Assembly (NCBI RefSeq): GCF_037042905.1
Contig: NC_087251.1
Location: forward strand, 14,200,001-14,264,000
Length of the DNA stretch: 64,000 nucleotides
Direction of reading: 5' to 3'
DNA from: Lytechinus pictus
Taxonomy: Eukaryota
A model generated the notes under the pieces. That model saw only the letters and a program-made list of their open reading frames with translations. It had not been told where the DNA came from and searched no databases. The position numbers and the translations under genes were made by a program. Each line of letters starts with the position of its first letter. Positions within the stretch are counted from its first letter, which is position 1. Positions 1-13,473 of this stretch are shown piece by piece.

Positions 1-132
1 TATATATATATTTATATATGCTTGTGTGTGTGCGTGGGTGAGGTTGTTTGTTTTGTATGATCGAGCGCCTTTGGAACGTTGATTTATGATTTTGCCCCCC
101 CCCCCCAATCTGAAAAATGGATCGACGCCCCT

Positions 133-537
133 GGTCATAGTGATGTAAGGCAAGGACCACCCTTTACTCCAATACATATTATGGCTAAAATGTCATTTTC
201 CCCCAAAGTTTTATTTATTTTTTTTTTTCATGAGGACATAAAACAATATACTACCTGGGTTATATTTAGATTACTGCCCCAGGGGAATGGGTACTTAGGA
301 GAAAACCACAAATCCTTGATAATAAAGTACATGGCCTAAGGGAAAGTTGTCCTTGCCCCTTGTCATAATTTACTTACCCAGTTGCCAATTTGAAATCTAC
401 ATAGTATTAGTGATCTCAATTTTGGCAGTTGTAACTTTCTTATTGCTTGTCCGATTTCTTTCAAACTTTCACCATTCTCTTTAATTTATTTTTCTCCTTC
501 CCAACACAACATTTTATGGCCAAGGCTGGATTCCCCT
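133..537. mobile_element. Partial Kolobok-like TTAA MITE, nested in the end of a CCCGGG-terminus element (542-565) and abutting a hAT-like terminus (93-132)
   Basis: End GGATTCCCCT|TTAA (538-541) resembles the AGGGGAA/TTAA ends of 63460-63947. GGATCGACGCCCCTG at 119-133 resembles the CAGGGGCG termini elsewhere in the window. Confidence 0.5.
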
Positions 538-571
538 TTAATAGAAGTGCCCCCCCCCCCCGGGGACTTAC

Positions 572-720
572 CAAACCGATGAATATGCAAGCTAGTTGGA
601 CGATATCAGTGTAAGCCACAGAAAATAGACCACCAAATAGGGTATAAGAAACAGCAATACAAGCCGAGATGATGACTGAAAGGTTCTGATCTAGCTCCAA
701 AATGACACTTATCGTTGATC
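572..720 (-). CDS. SLC5A7: SLC5A7-like coding exon 4 ([50 protein letters not shown]); gene continues beyond position 1
   Basis: Lies in ORF 461..823; SSS-family motif YTL.GGL.SVAYTD.VQL. tttag acceptor, GTAAGT donor, 149 nt, ends in phase 0. Confidence 0.92.
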
Positions 721-1838
721 CTAAATCACAAGTTAAGATTATTTGTATATTAATTTCGTTGCTGTTTGGTGGTTGGCTTGATTTTAATTTAGAATAGATG
801 ACGGTAGCAGTCCCTTCAAACATACTGTATATGTTACGGAACGCCCTCTATGACGAAATGATTAGAGTGCATCAAAAAAAATATTATTATAGTACATAAA
901 TTGTCCCTACTAGTACTAGTAATAAACAAGCCTGCAACATGAGAAAAATATTAGAATAATAATACTTAACTATCACTAAAAGACAGAGATGTATTAATGA
1001 TGGGGTGTAGTTATACGATTATTCATATCGATGTACATTGCTGAAATATTGCAAAAATATTTAAAATTGATAAAAAAATAAAAAAAGAAAAGAGGGTACC
1101 CCTACCCTGTCCCTTCTACTCAAGAGTTAACTTTGGCGATACACATTTGACATTGTTGAAGGTCTGAATATAGGGCTGGAAAGCCTGGAATTCAATACTT
1201 TAATGTATCGTCACTTAAAACAAAAGTTTAGAATTACAACCATTCATTGGTGATAGTCCTGTGTAGATATTTGCTGGTTGAAATAAAATATCATTTACTA
1301 AGTGTCAATGTCTTGACCTTCCATTAAATCTATTAAAACGCATGCACTTTGTCACGTAGAAACTAGATATCTTTTTCTTTGTTCACGTGTGTTGTGGCAA
1401 TATAGAGGCCAAGATTATCGGCACAAATTGACCTTTCATGTAAAATAAAGTTTGGCAAAAGAAAAGAAAAGAAGTAAATGGCGAATCGGAAGAAACAGTA
1501 TCATTTATATTTATGTTCTATCCATAGAACGCTCTAGTTTTCTTTGTTCATGTAAGGGGCGACACGAGGGTTTTTCTTTTTTGGGGGTGGGGGAGGGCAA
1601 GGTGGTGTCCGCCTCTACCGATTTCAAGCAAGTTGTAAATGGGAAAGAATAGGAGGAAAGGAGAAAATGGGAGAAACTGTATCGAGTAAAAAAAATATCA
1701 ATTGGTCGGGTAAAGTAAATATAACACAGTCCTACTCCTATTTCTTAATAAAAAATGAGTTAAACAAATTATTGATGCACTTTAAAAAAATCTCGGCCCC
1801 GCCCCTATACACCCTTGTTCAGCATTGCCAGTACCCAC

Positions 1839-1994
1839 CTAAAGCAGCCAATATAGCGGCACACCATAGCAGTTCACCAGTGATGGCAGCAAGAAAGAGG
1901 AGTCCTCCCATACGATTTCCATACTTCTCTTGAAATGGATCAATCATTGTAACGTATTTCGCTGCTCGCATCTGTTTTGCGAAGAAAAGCCCAT
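1839..1994 (-). CDS. SLC5A7: SLC5A7-like coding exon 3 ([51 protein letters not shown])
   Basis: Lies in ORF 1819..2061; CHT1 motif GLFFAK.MR...YVTM.DPFQ. tacag acceptor, GTGGGT donor, 156 nt. Confidence 0.92.
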
Positions 1995-2333
1995 CTGTAT
2001 GCACAGTCAGAAAGAGATTTACAAGTTTCATTTCATTTAGCTTTTGTAATGACTTATTCATCGATCTATTCAGCTATCCTTTATCAGTTTATTTGTTTGT
2101 TTGTATCCATTTCATCTATTTATGTATTTGTTTATTCGTCTCATTATTAATTATACATTCATTTACTTCAATAGAGGTTCATCTAAATAAAAACAGAAAT
2201 TAATTGGTTTTAACTTCAATAAGAACACGAAGAATGATAAAAACACGCCCGACCACGAACTACGAAACGAAAGAACGATTGAAAGTAAAACAAACAAAGG
2301 AAGAAAAGGGGGAAAGGTGAAAAGGGAATTTAC

Positions 2334-2447
2334 TTATGACGAAACTGAGACTGTAGCCCCAAGGGGCTTGGGCCCAAACGAGGCCGTATCCTGGAGTAAA
2401 AACGACTTCTGCTGTCCCATTGATGTATCCACCTCCTACCCAAGTAG
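2334..2447 (-). CDS. SLC5A7: SLC5A7-like coding exon 2 ([38 protein letters not shown])
   Basis: Translated by hand; not in the ORF track. Contains the CHT1 motif [13 protein letters not shown]. ttgcag acceptor, GTAAAT donor, 114 nt, phase 1-1. Confidence 0.92.
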
Positions 2448-2704
2448 CTGCAAGAGAATTATGAAAACATATTTGTATAAAGTTGTTATGGAAGAATTCT
2501 GTCTGTATAGCTTAACGGGAATACTGGATATAGATAAAGAAAAAGTATACATTTTCACAATACAATAAACGACAACATTATGAACCCTAGCTCGTTCCGA
2601 ATATATGAAATCAAGACGTTGAATCCATATCATATAGAATTATTTTGTGTACGGAGATTATCCGCGAACAAAGATTAACATTAAACTCGAACCAAGGGTC
2701 TGGC

Positions 2705-2792
2705 AAAATATTTATTTATTTATTTATTTGTCGTTTTATTTTAACAGGGTAGCCCTTTCAGTTACAAGAACTGCTCGACCAAGGGGCCCTTG
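2705..2792 (-). mobile_element. Short 3' end fragment of an L2-group LINE or SINE
   Basis: Minus strand reads AGGGCCCCTTGG...GGGCTACCCTGTTAAAATAAA followed by an (AAAT)n tail. Confidence 0.45.
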
Positions 2793-3250
2793 GTCGAGTT
2801 GTATTCATCACTTTAAAAACTACCAAATGTGATTTGGGAAATTTAAATTCCTTTACCGCAATCTAAATACCACACTCTTAAAAAAAAGAATGTTTGTTAG
2901 AAACTTTCAGCTTTTGGTCTCTTCTTTTTTTTCTTCATTTATTCGGTCGGAATTATTTTTGTCGGTGGGAAATATATTAAGTTAACCAATCCTTCTTAAG
3001 CGTGTAAATAACACAATCAAATCTTAACGGAGACTGTCTAATTAATCAAAGTGACTGATGCGACCCGACCATTGGAGATATTGGCGGTTGGGCCACAATG
3101 GCATGTACCCTATCCTAAAATCTGCCACCCTCTTATGTCCCCTCTTGCACATAAGGATGAAAAATACGGAATTTTCCCTTTGAGTGAGGACCATTATGTT
3201 GCTTCTCAGATTTTAATGGAGCAAGTTTTTGAATAATTTTCATTACTCAC

Positions 3251-3416
3251 CAATCAAAGTAAAAAGACCGATACACCATCCAAAATCTCGTCCTGCCACC
3301 ATCACTCCTTCTGTCCCACTAGCACTTTTTGTTTTCCTTGAGGCCCATATTCCCACGGCCAAGATGATCAGGTAGAAGAATATCATCCCAGCAACCCCAC
3401 CCCAGTGAACCGCCAT
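3251..3416 (-). CDS. SLC5A7: High-affinity choline transporter (SLC5A7/CHT1-like), coding exon 1 (MAVHWGGVAGMIFFYLIILAVGIWASRKTK...VAGRDFGWCIGLFTLI)
   Basis: ATG at 3416; strong similarity to the CHT1 N-terminus (FYLLILLVGIWAAW...GGRDIG). 166 nt, phase-1 donor GTGAGT at 3250. Confidence 0.9.
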
Positions 3417-3839
3417 GATCACACCACAGGTTAGAACGTTAAACTGTATTGATGCACCAATTAAATACAAGAGTTAAAGTGTGAGTTCTCCAATTTTTAC
3501 TATTAAAATAAACTGGATAGCTTTTAGTCCTGGATAGGTAATTAATGTACTGTGCCAAAACGAAGGAAAATGGGCAAAGTGAAAGCAATCTGTAAATTGA
3601 ATACTCCAAATAAATCGATTTGCTCTTTGCATTCAATTGTGACAGTATTGGAATAATGCGTTAATTTGTAGTTATTAATCTTATTCTAAATTTTATTCCT
3701 GATTTGTATTTTGCATGTCCGAGGATTGCTGACGTATACCCCCAAGATCTTGATAGGTATGATTCATGAAATGTAAAAGAGACAACGAATACGGATTTGG
3801 CCAAATTTCTTTTTAAAAAGTCCAAGAAGTTCCTGCAGC

Positions 3840-6800
3840 AGATTGTCGATTATTTCTAGACCAACCCGTATTACTTATCATTTTGCTACGCTTATAGATG
3901 ATAACACATTCTGTAACTCTCAGCCTCTTCCGAAAGCTGGCATTGTAACGACAGACATATTCGACCATTTTCTTATTTTTACCCATATCCAAACAATGCA
4001 ATCACTCGCAAAAATGGAAAAGTAATATGGGAACTTTCGCAACTTTAGTGATAAAAATATTAAACGCTTCCAAGAAGATTTAAACTCTATTGATTGGCCT
4101 GATGTTTAAATCTTTCAATGACTACTTAGATTTCTGTGTTCCTTTAAGGAAATATCGAAATTACGACTATAAACGTCTATAAATGACTGTAGAAAATTCG
4201 TTAAGGAATTTTTGGATAAACAAAATGATAGCAACTGGACAACGAAACGATAGTTCAATATTTCTTACCCCAGTTCATAGACAAGAATTACTTGAGATTA
4301 TATCTAATTTGAAGGCAGAAGGCACTCCTGGTTATGATGGCATTACAAATAGAGTTGTAAAAAACATTATACATTCTCTTGCTGGTCCTCTGCTTCATAT
4401 ATTTAATTTATCATTGCAGCTTGGCCAGGTCCGAAAGATGATGAAAATAGCTAAACTTATACCCATTTTCAAAAAGGGAGATCAATTGATTACTAGTAAT
4501 TACCGCCCAATATCTTTGTTAACTTCGTTCTTCGTTCAAATTACGGTATCAGAGGGACAGCTTTACAATGGTTTAGGAGTTATTTTACTGATAGAATTCA
4601 GTTTGTTACCGTAAATGAATCGGAATCTCCAACAAGGCTAGTTGCCTGTGGAATTCCACAAGGTAGTATTCTTGGACTTTGCTATTTGTACTTTCTTATG
4701 TTCTTTCATTTGTTCTCTTTGCTGATGATTCCAATATTTTCTACACACATCATGATCCACATTCACTTGTGAGCTCTATGAATGCAGAATTTAAAAAAGT
4801 AACAATGAAACTGGATTAAAGCCAACAAACTATCATTGACTCTATACAAAAAACTAATTATATGATTTTTAAGTCATTCATTCAAACATCTGCCGCATCA
4901 AATATCTTTAGATAATACTGGAATTAAAGAAGTGCAAATAACAAAATTTGTAGGTCTTACTATTGATAACAAACATACGTGGAATGCTCATATCAACAAT
5001 ATTTGCAAAACTGTGGCAAGGAATATTGGAGTCATCGATCGTCAAGCTTAAAAACGTTCTTCCAGCACAGGCACTATCCATGTTGTATTGTGCAATGATT
5101 CTACCATATCTCAATTATGGGATTCTGGCATGGGGAAATGCCTCTCAAATGAGACTCAACAAAGTCTTTATACTTCAAAAAAAGTACTGAGGATAATATG
5201 CAATATGTCCTTTAGAGCTCATGCGGATGAATTGTTTCGTCAGAAACGTATCCTTAAAGTCAGTGACCTGTACCGTTTACAACTATTCCGATTCATGTAT
5301 CAGCTAGATAGAAATAGTGTACCTAATGTCCTACAAAAGAAATCAAATGACTATCACTTACCGAAAAGTAGTACAGTATTTTCTCTACAAAACTCAATTT
5401 TTCACTGGACCAAAACTCCGGAATTCTCTGGACAGAGAAATAAAAGAGGCAGCTAATCTGAACCGATTTAAATTACTTCTCAAAATTTTCTTCTGAATTC
5501 TTACTGATCCAATCAAATATTTTGTGAACTTCATACCTATCCACGGTAGTGTTGTTAATTTTAAAGTCAATATTTAATTCTTCATATAGTGTATATCAGT
5601 GGCATAACTACGGGGGGGGGGGGCACGTGCCCCCCCCCCCCCCCCATTCGGCTGGCCAACAAAAAAAACGGGGAAAAGGGGAAAAGGAGAAAAAGAGGGA
5701 GAAAGGAAGAGAAACGTAGTGGGAAAGCAAAAATTATTGTTTCAATATAATGTTATACAATGTTAGAATTATGGTATTTTTTTCATAACTTTCTGAAACA
5801 TATTTTGCTCAGGGCCTACGTACTCATTGTTACTGGTGCTCACATTGTCTGTTAAACTAGATATAATTCACTGGCACCCGGCCGGGGAAATTGCAAGGAC
5901 AATTTGTCATCATAATACAAATGACTATTTTCCTCTTCCTGAGCGCGAGGTGAAACTTGTCGATATTCCATTCTGAAAAAGGGACAATATATATTTTTTT
6001 CGGAACACTATAGTTTTCAAGTATATTTGAGAGACCTGACGTTGTCAAATCAAGTCAATATACACCGAATATATTTCATCGCACTTCGAATTATTATTGT
6101 TTTATGTAGTGACATATGCTTCTTTTTTATGACTACTTAAAGTGATTGCCCCATTATAGGGTCTTAATATAAAACATTTCCTTTCCGTGCTTACGTTCGC
6201 ATTAGTGGATGGTGAGATATGTCTGCTCTTCATGAATACCAAAAATCAGTCCTTAAAATGTCCCTTTTTCTGATCTGAATATCAAAAATTTTCAGCTCGC
6301 GCTTCGCGCTCGCATCATTTGGTTAGTGAAATACGTATGGTCTTAGTGAATTTCTACAAACAAGCCTTAGAATGCCCCTCTTCAGATCTGAATTTCCTAC
6401 ATTTTCAGCTCGCGCTCGCAATAATTGATTAGTGAGATGCGTGTGATAATCATGATTACAAAGACTACAAAAAGTGCTTCATGTGTTTAAATGTAATTCT
6501 AACAAAATCAGCAAGCGCTTGGCACTCGCATTAGATGACTATGGTGAGATATGTATACTCTTAATGGATTTCTAAAATATAGTCCTTAAAATGTCCCTGT
6601 TTGGGGTCAATATATAAAAAAATGTCAGCTCGCGCTCGCGCTCGTATTGTTTGTTTAGCAAGACAGGTACGTATCATAATAACAGAAATTTGCGTATAAT
6701 GTCCCTTTTAGGTCTGAATATCAAAAATTTTCAGTTCGCGCTTCGCGCTCGCATTATTTGATCAGTGAGATACATGTCCATGTAATGGCACAGTCCTTAA

Positions 6801-7210
6801 ATGTCTCTATTAGGTCAGTATACCTGGCAACTGAGCGCGCTTCGCGCGCTCACTAAGTGACTCAAAATTGTTGCTGGTGCTCCCCCCAATGCCGTGACCC
6901 ACGGTACGCCACTGGTGTATATACATTCGTGTTTTAGTGTTTATATCTATATAAATTTCTAGAATTTGCTGATTATTTTCACTCTACTTATATCATATTA
7001 CCATTGTATAAAATTTTGATAGGAGGTCTACATCTTACAAGTTTTGCTTTTTAGTAGGCCCTTCCACTTTTTTCATTCCATTGGTGCGTTTGAATCCTGC
7101 ATATGATATGCAGTTGATGCATCTTTTTATTGTAAAAATGATTTATTTTGAAATGTACTTTGAGGATTTATGGAATATGAATATATCAAATGAATAAATG
7201 AATAAATAAA
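3840..7210 (+). mobile_element. Degenerate L2/CR1-group LINE (APE C-terminus, RT, 3' UTR, (AATG/AAAT)n tail), interrupted by a hAT-like insertion
   Basis: Fragments ISRPTRIT..ATLID, TDIFDHF, PGYDGI, NYRPISLL, GIPQGSILG (~4649), FADD (~4718), YLNYGILAWG. Many frameshifts and an internal RT deletion; tail at ~7188-7210. Confidence 0.85.
5597..6914. mobile_element. Non-autonomous hAT-like element, 8-bp TSD
   Basis: Termini CAGTGGC...GCCACTG; TSD GTGTATAT at 5589-5596 and 6915-6922; internal ~110-bp-spaced GCTCGCGCTTCGCGCTCGC motifs. Confidence 0.85.
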
Positions 7211-7695
7211 CTGATGTAATCTTATTACAATGTGTAGGCCTAAGTGTAAAACTACAAAATATCGGTACCTGGAACCTTACAGATTCCGGTAATATTCTTT
7301 CTTCTTCCTTTTTTTTTTAACGGACCCGTTCAGTTGAATTCCATAGAAATTTCTGTTTTAAAAATGTACAGAATAATCCTGTTATATTTTTTTGTAAAAG
7401 CTTCTGTTTTTTTTAAGTGTATCAGTGTTTATTTCTCATGAACGACCTTTATTGAATACGACTCTGAAAAACGGGTGTAGCAGTATGAAGATTGTTTTCG
7501 AGAAAATAATGCTAAATTGGCAGCTACTGGAAAGAACAGTGTCCCACAGTGTGTTCACAGTGCTAAGTAGTATGACAGGAATCTAAATTCATAGTAAACA
7601 TTTAAAAACAAACAGTATTTCTCTAGAAAATTAATTAACTAATGAATCATTGAATGCATGCCCGGATTATCTTAATTCAATGATTATAATTTACT

Positions 7696-7944
7696 CACTA
7701 TAAAAAATATTGGGTAAAAATGCTCCATGAGGGTAATTATGTGTCCAACCAACATTGGGCATTTCTTTTGGGCATTTTTATTTATCCAGTGTGATGAAAA
7801 TTTTGCCCATTCTTAAGTGATTCTTGCTTATTTTTTAACCTTACTGGACAATATGCTTCCCGCATTGGGTAAAATACTGCCCAAAATTGGTTGGACACAT
7901 AACTACCCTCGTGCTGCAAAATTTTACCCAATTTCTTTACAGTG
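7696..7944. mobile_element. CACT-terminus (EnSpm/CMC-like) MITE
   Basis: ~55-bp imperfect TIRs (CACTATAAAAAATATTGGGTAAAA... / ...TTTTACCCAATTTCTTTACAGTG); 2-bp flanking duplication CT. Confidence 0.7.
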
Positions 7945-8149
7945 CTGTTACTTAAAAAACATTAGGCAACCATATTAATACTAAGTGTTGTTTTTTTGTT
8001 GGCATGTGTAATTGGTTAATATTTGTCATCTCATTTGTACACTTAATTTTCGGTGTAAACGTTTGTATTGGCAATGCACCAGGTAAAGGACAAATTTCCT
8101 GTCAGCGATAATAAAGTCAAATCCAAGTTTAACTCATTCATTGTACAGG

Positions 8150-8730
8150 TGTTTAGGGGTCAGTCTGCTACAAAAATGTTAAAGTTTTTGTTCAACTTGC
8201 TCTCATTTTTTTCTGCATTAATTATGTTCATATACTTAGTACATATGATTCTTGGGTAATACCACATGTATGTTGTTGAGAATGATGGGATTAAAAGTCA
8301 CCTAGGGGTCAAAAGGTGAATTTTTGTTCAACTTGCTCTCATTTCTTTATTTAATTTTTGCATCAATTATGATCACTTTTGTTACACACGATTCTTGGGT
8401 ATTATACCACATGCGTATTCGTAAGGATGATGGGGTCAGAGGTCAAAATGTCAAGTTTTTGTTAAACTTGCTCTCATTTCTTTATTTCTGCATCAATTAT
8501 GATCACGCTTGGTGCAAATGATCCTTGGGTAATTTGTCCCCATGATGATGATGAGGTCAAAATGTCAAATGATACCATGTCCATCCCTTTTCAAGCTTTT
8601 GTTCAACTTGTTCTCCTTTATTTTTTGCATCAGTTGTGTTTACACCTTCAAAATGATCCTTGGATTATACCACATGTGTGTTCATGAGGATTCAAGGCCA
8701 AAGGTCATCTTTAGGTCGAAATATCATATT
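8150..8730 (+). repeat. Degenerate ~135-bp tandem repeat (about 4 copies)
   Basis: TTTTGTT(C/A)AACTTG(C/T)TCTC at ~8186, 8322, 8457 and 8597, each followed by GCAT(C/T)A(A/G)TT and TGAT(T/C)CTTGG. Confidence 0.7.
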
Positions 8731-10981
8731 GTATATTGATTTTTTATTGATCGCGAAATCGTTATCAGGCGAAACTCATGGTTCGTGAACCACCTTGTTT
8801 TCCAAACGAACAACAAACTACAACAGCAACTTTGAAACAGTTAATTTATCGTCCAGCCAAACATCCCACACTGAATTAACTAAGCAATTCATTCAATCTA
8901 GGAACCTCCTGTAAGTTTGTTTTAAGTTTTATCTCAAAGCAATTTAAAGATGGTGCATTTCTGATGTCATTAGATAAATTGTTCTACTTTTTCGGAACTA
9001 AAAAACGAATATTATGTTGATAAGAATATGTCCTGTGTCTTGGCAAATATATTAATAAAGAGGAGTGTGTCATGGGCGGATCCAGCTTTCGCAAATAGGG
9101 GGGGGGGGGGGCGAAAAAGGGCATATTTTCCCTGATCGGCCGCTTAAAGTTGATTTTTATTTGTTTCATTGAAGCTAGGGGCAGTCCTAACAGTCATTTG
9201 TTAGCTTTATTCTCAACATAAATAAATAATAATCTCATATATAAGCCCGAATTGAATAGTCCGAGCGCGAAGCGCGAGCTATTTTTTCAAGGAAATTTTA
9301 TGTATTTTGTCCTGAAAATTGAACATTCTGAGCAATGATTGTGATCGTGAACAAGATGTGTATGTAACTAAATAATGACTGCGAGCGCGAATCGTGAGCA
9401 GAAAATTTTAATATACCGTACTGGCCTGATGGGAAAACAGACCTTAAGGGCTGTTTGCACTTACCCATGAAAACGATACATATGTTAACAATCAAATAAT
9501 GCGAGCGGGAAGCGCGAGCTGAAAATTTGTGAAATTTAAAGACCCAATACGTTACATTTTAAGCACTTTTTGTAATCATAAACAGGATAAGTATATAACT
9601 AAGCATTTCATGCGAGCGCGAAGCGCGAGCGAAAAAATTGAGATTTAGACCTAAAAATGGGACACACTATTCATGTTTCGTAAATCACAAAAAAGGTGAC
9701 TAATGAGGTGTCTTCCTACATTAATAATATGAGCGCGAAGCGCGAGAAGAAATTTTTTAATATTCTGATATTTGGATAATTCAAGCAGGTTTTGAATAAA
9801 GAACAAACTGCGTATCTATTGTGTGGGCCTGTTTTTTAGATTTAGACCGAGAATCTGTGAATTCTAAAAACATTTATTATGAAAATCAATAATGCACGAG
9901 CGCGGGCTGAATAAAATTGATGTCAATTGAGGTCAATTTAAGCACTATTTCAAGCATCGTAGGTAAATTGTGAAGTGGATATGGATCGTACTTCACAAAT
10001 GATGCGAGCGAAGCGCGAGCCGATTAAAAACACTATTATTTAGACCAAGCACCTGCCACCCGGCCGGGGAAATTGCAAGGACATTTTGTCATCATAATGA
10101 AAATGACTATTTTCCTTTTGCTCTTCCTGAGCGCGAGATGAAACTTGTCGATATTCCATTCTGAAAAAGGGACAATTTCATTATCAGGAATTCATGCAAC
10201 TGTTACCTTATTTATCAATCTGATATTAATGAGAGCTTGAAATCTGTTGATATTAAGTCCTGAAAACCGGACATTTTAAGCATTTTTTTTAATATATTGT
10301 TTTACGGCCTACTTGTGCGCATACGGTAATCTTCCTATGCAGAGCTAATCGGCCGTTGATGGAGTGCAGGAGACCCATGTGAAGGAGAATGTCTTGATGT
10401 GCGCGCAGTGTGGCTTGCTTAAAGCAAGGTTTCTACTTTGGCGAGTTAACATCGCGAGTTATGGCGAGTTATAGCGAGTTGCCAAAATGAGGCACTCGCG
10501 ATAACTCGCATAAAGCTCACCATGAAACTCGGGATAACTCGCGACAACTCGGCAGAGCTCGGCGGAGCTCGTTCAAGCTCGGGACAACTCTCCTTGAAGT
10601 CGTGAGCTGTTTCAAAATTTTTGAACATGTTCAAAAATTTTGCTAACTCGCTGTAACTCGTGCTGAACTCACCTAAACTCGTTATATACTCGCAGCACTC
10701 GCAATAACTCGTAAGAAGCTCGAGATAAACTCACAATAACTCGTAATAACTCGCCACATCTGAGTATACGCGAGTGCGTTCCGAGTTTTCAAGAGCGATA
10801 TACGAGCATTGCGATCGTTTTACGAGTCAAATGGAGGTGCCCACGAGATTAGCGCGACTATAGATCGAGCACCCCGAGTTACAGCGAGTTTCGTATGAGT
10901 TTATTCCGAGTGCGTTGCAATAGCTCAGAGGCATGCCAGCTGAATGATAAATGTCCAGTGATCTATATTTTCCCCACATAT

Positions 10982-12077
10982 AAACCCCTCAAAAAAAGTT
11001 TGAAATCTGAGTTGGCCATTAATTTCTCCCAACTCCAAAATTTACACATTGCATATTTGACATCATTTAAAAGGTCATTCAATTTTCTTTACAATGATAC
11101 CATGCTTGTTATGATCATGCCATCACGAAAAGAGCAGGATTCAAAAGTGTTGGATAAAGTCTGAATTGAAAAGCTGCAAAACGAGCAAAAAAGTTTGGAA
11201 ATCTGAGTTTGGCCATTAATTTATCCCGACTCCGAATTTTACACAATGCATATTTGATATCTTTCAAAAGATCATTTGATTCTCTTTTAAATGATCCCAT
11301 GCTTGTTATGATCATGCCATCAAAAAAGAACAAAATTAATAAGTGTTGGATGAGGTCTCAAGTAAAAAGCTGCAAAACGAGCATAAGTAATCATGAAGGG
11401 TCATTACAGAACATGATGTTTTTGTCTGTGTCAATAAAGATGAAAATCCATTCAAATCAAACCCCTGCTTTTTCATTTCATAATGTTTTGTTGTGGTTTA
11501 TGTTTGTTTGTTGTGTGTTTGCTTGTGCAGAGGTGTGTTTGATTCCATTTGAATGTTGATATTAAGGTGCATGAAAACAATTGCTGAGAATCTCACTCAT
11601 CATCATGGAAGAAAAGAACAGTGACTTTCAATATTGTGTCATTTTGCAAATTTTGAATTTTGACCTTGCCCCGCATTTCAAGGCACTGCACCTCCATGTG
11701 AGCCATAATCATATCATGTAGGGTATCATTTAAAGACACTTAAATGATCTATTCATTGATATTAATTTAACTTGATATTTACTAAAACCGAGGCGGGATT
11801 ACCGATCAAACTCAAAAGAAACCGCTTAAAATACTCACTCATCAAAGGAACAGTGACTTTCAATACTGTGTCTCTTTGCAACTTAATTTTGATTTTTGAC
11901 CTTGGCCTACATTTCAAGGCACTGCACCTCCATGTGAACCATAATCATATCATGTAGGGTATCATTTAAAGACACTTAAATGATCTATTCATTGATATTA
12001 ATAACAATTGATATTTACTAAAACTGAGGAGGGAGTTTTGATTAAAGTCGGATTTCCAAACTTTTTTTGAGGAGTTA
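10982..12077. mobile_element. Tc1-like non-autonomous element with internal ~200-bp and ~232-bp tandem duplications
   Basis: TIR AACCCCTCAAAAAAAGTTTGAAATC / GATTTCCAAACTTTTTTTGAGGAGTT; direct repeats at ~10990/11188 and ~11617/11849. Confidence 0.6.
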
Positions 12078-12362
12078 TTTTAAAGTGAGAGCACATTTTA
12101 ACTGACCCACGCAATGTACACGTACTTTTAAAAAGGCTGTTTCCACTGCATTATTACAACTTTCAACAAATAAGGAGAGAAATATGCCTCGATCCAAAAG
12201 ATCCAAGAGTTGTGGCCATTCAGATAGGGAAAGAGCGAAAGAAGATGACATTCAAACAAGGGTAGAAGAAGTGCAGGAAGAGACAATTGAAACGGAAGAG
12301 GAGGTCAATGACGAGCAGAGCCAAGGTAAAAAAACAAGACATCAAACTGGACAATTAAGGTC

Positions 12363-13473
12363 CAAGTGGAGCGCCTCTGCATCACGCTATCCAATATAGA
12401 AGTAGTGCTGACTCTGAAAACTATTGTAAAATAATTATTCACAAAAACACCATTCATACATTGATACAATACTACGTTCATTTACAATAAATGACATTTG
12501 ACCTTTATCATTTGACCTAAGACTTGTCAGTGATACTAGATTACCCCTATATCCACATTTTATAAACTGTATCTAAACTTTGAAAGTTATGACAGTAATA
12601 TAGTATTAATCTCCAAAATGGCCAAAGTTCAATAACCTTAAATGACCTTTGACTTTGGTCATGTGACCTGAAACTGGCATGAAATGTTCGGTGATACTTG
12701 ACTACTCTAATATCCAAGTTGATGAATCATATCCATAAGCTTTCAAAGTTATGATGGTAATTCAACAAATACCCCCAACATGGCCAAAGTTTATTGACCA
12801 TAAATGACCTTTGACCTTCGTCATGTGACCTGAAACTCGCACAGGATGTTCAGGAATACTTGATTACTCTTATATCTAAGATTCATGAATCAGATCTATA
12901 AACTTTTAAAGTTATGATGGTAATTCAACAGATCACCCGAACATCACTAAAGTTCATTGACCTTTGACCTTGGACATGTGACCTGATATCCGCACAGGAT
13001 GTTTAGTGATACCTGATTACTCTTATGTTCAAGTTTCATGAATCAGATTCATAAACTTTCAAAGTTATAATGTTAATTTAACAAATACCCCAATTGGCCA
13101 AAGTCCATTGACCCTAATTGACCTTAGTCATGTGACTTGAAACTCAAGCAGGATGTTTATATACTTTAATAACCTTATGTCCACGTTTCATGAACTAGGT
13201 TCATATATTTTCTAAGTTATGATGACATTTCAAAAACTTAACCGTAGGTTAAGACTTTGATGTTGATTCCCTAAACATGGTCTACGTTCATTGACCATAA
13301 ATGACCTCTGACCTTGGTCTTGTGACCTGAAACTCGAAAAGAATATTTTGTAATGCTTGATAAACCTTATGGTCAAGTTTCATGAACTAGGTCCAAATAC
13401 TTTCTCAGTTATGATGCCATTTCAAAAACTTAACCTTCGGTTAAGATTTGGTGTTGACGCCCCCTCCGCCGGC
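12363..13473 (-). mobile_element. Helentron-type non-autonomous element (HINE/Tsp-like), 5' truncated, with ~163-bp tandem units
   Basis: Reverse complement of the family at 60426-61545 (3' end CAGAGGCGCTCCACTTG; TGACCTTTGACCT-type units). Confidence 0.8.
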
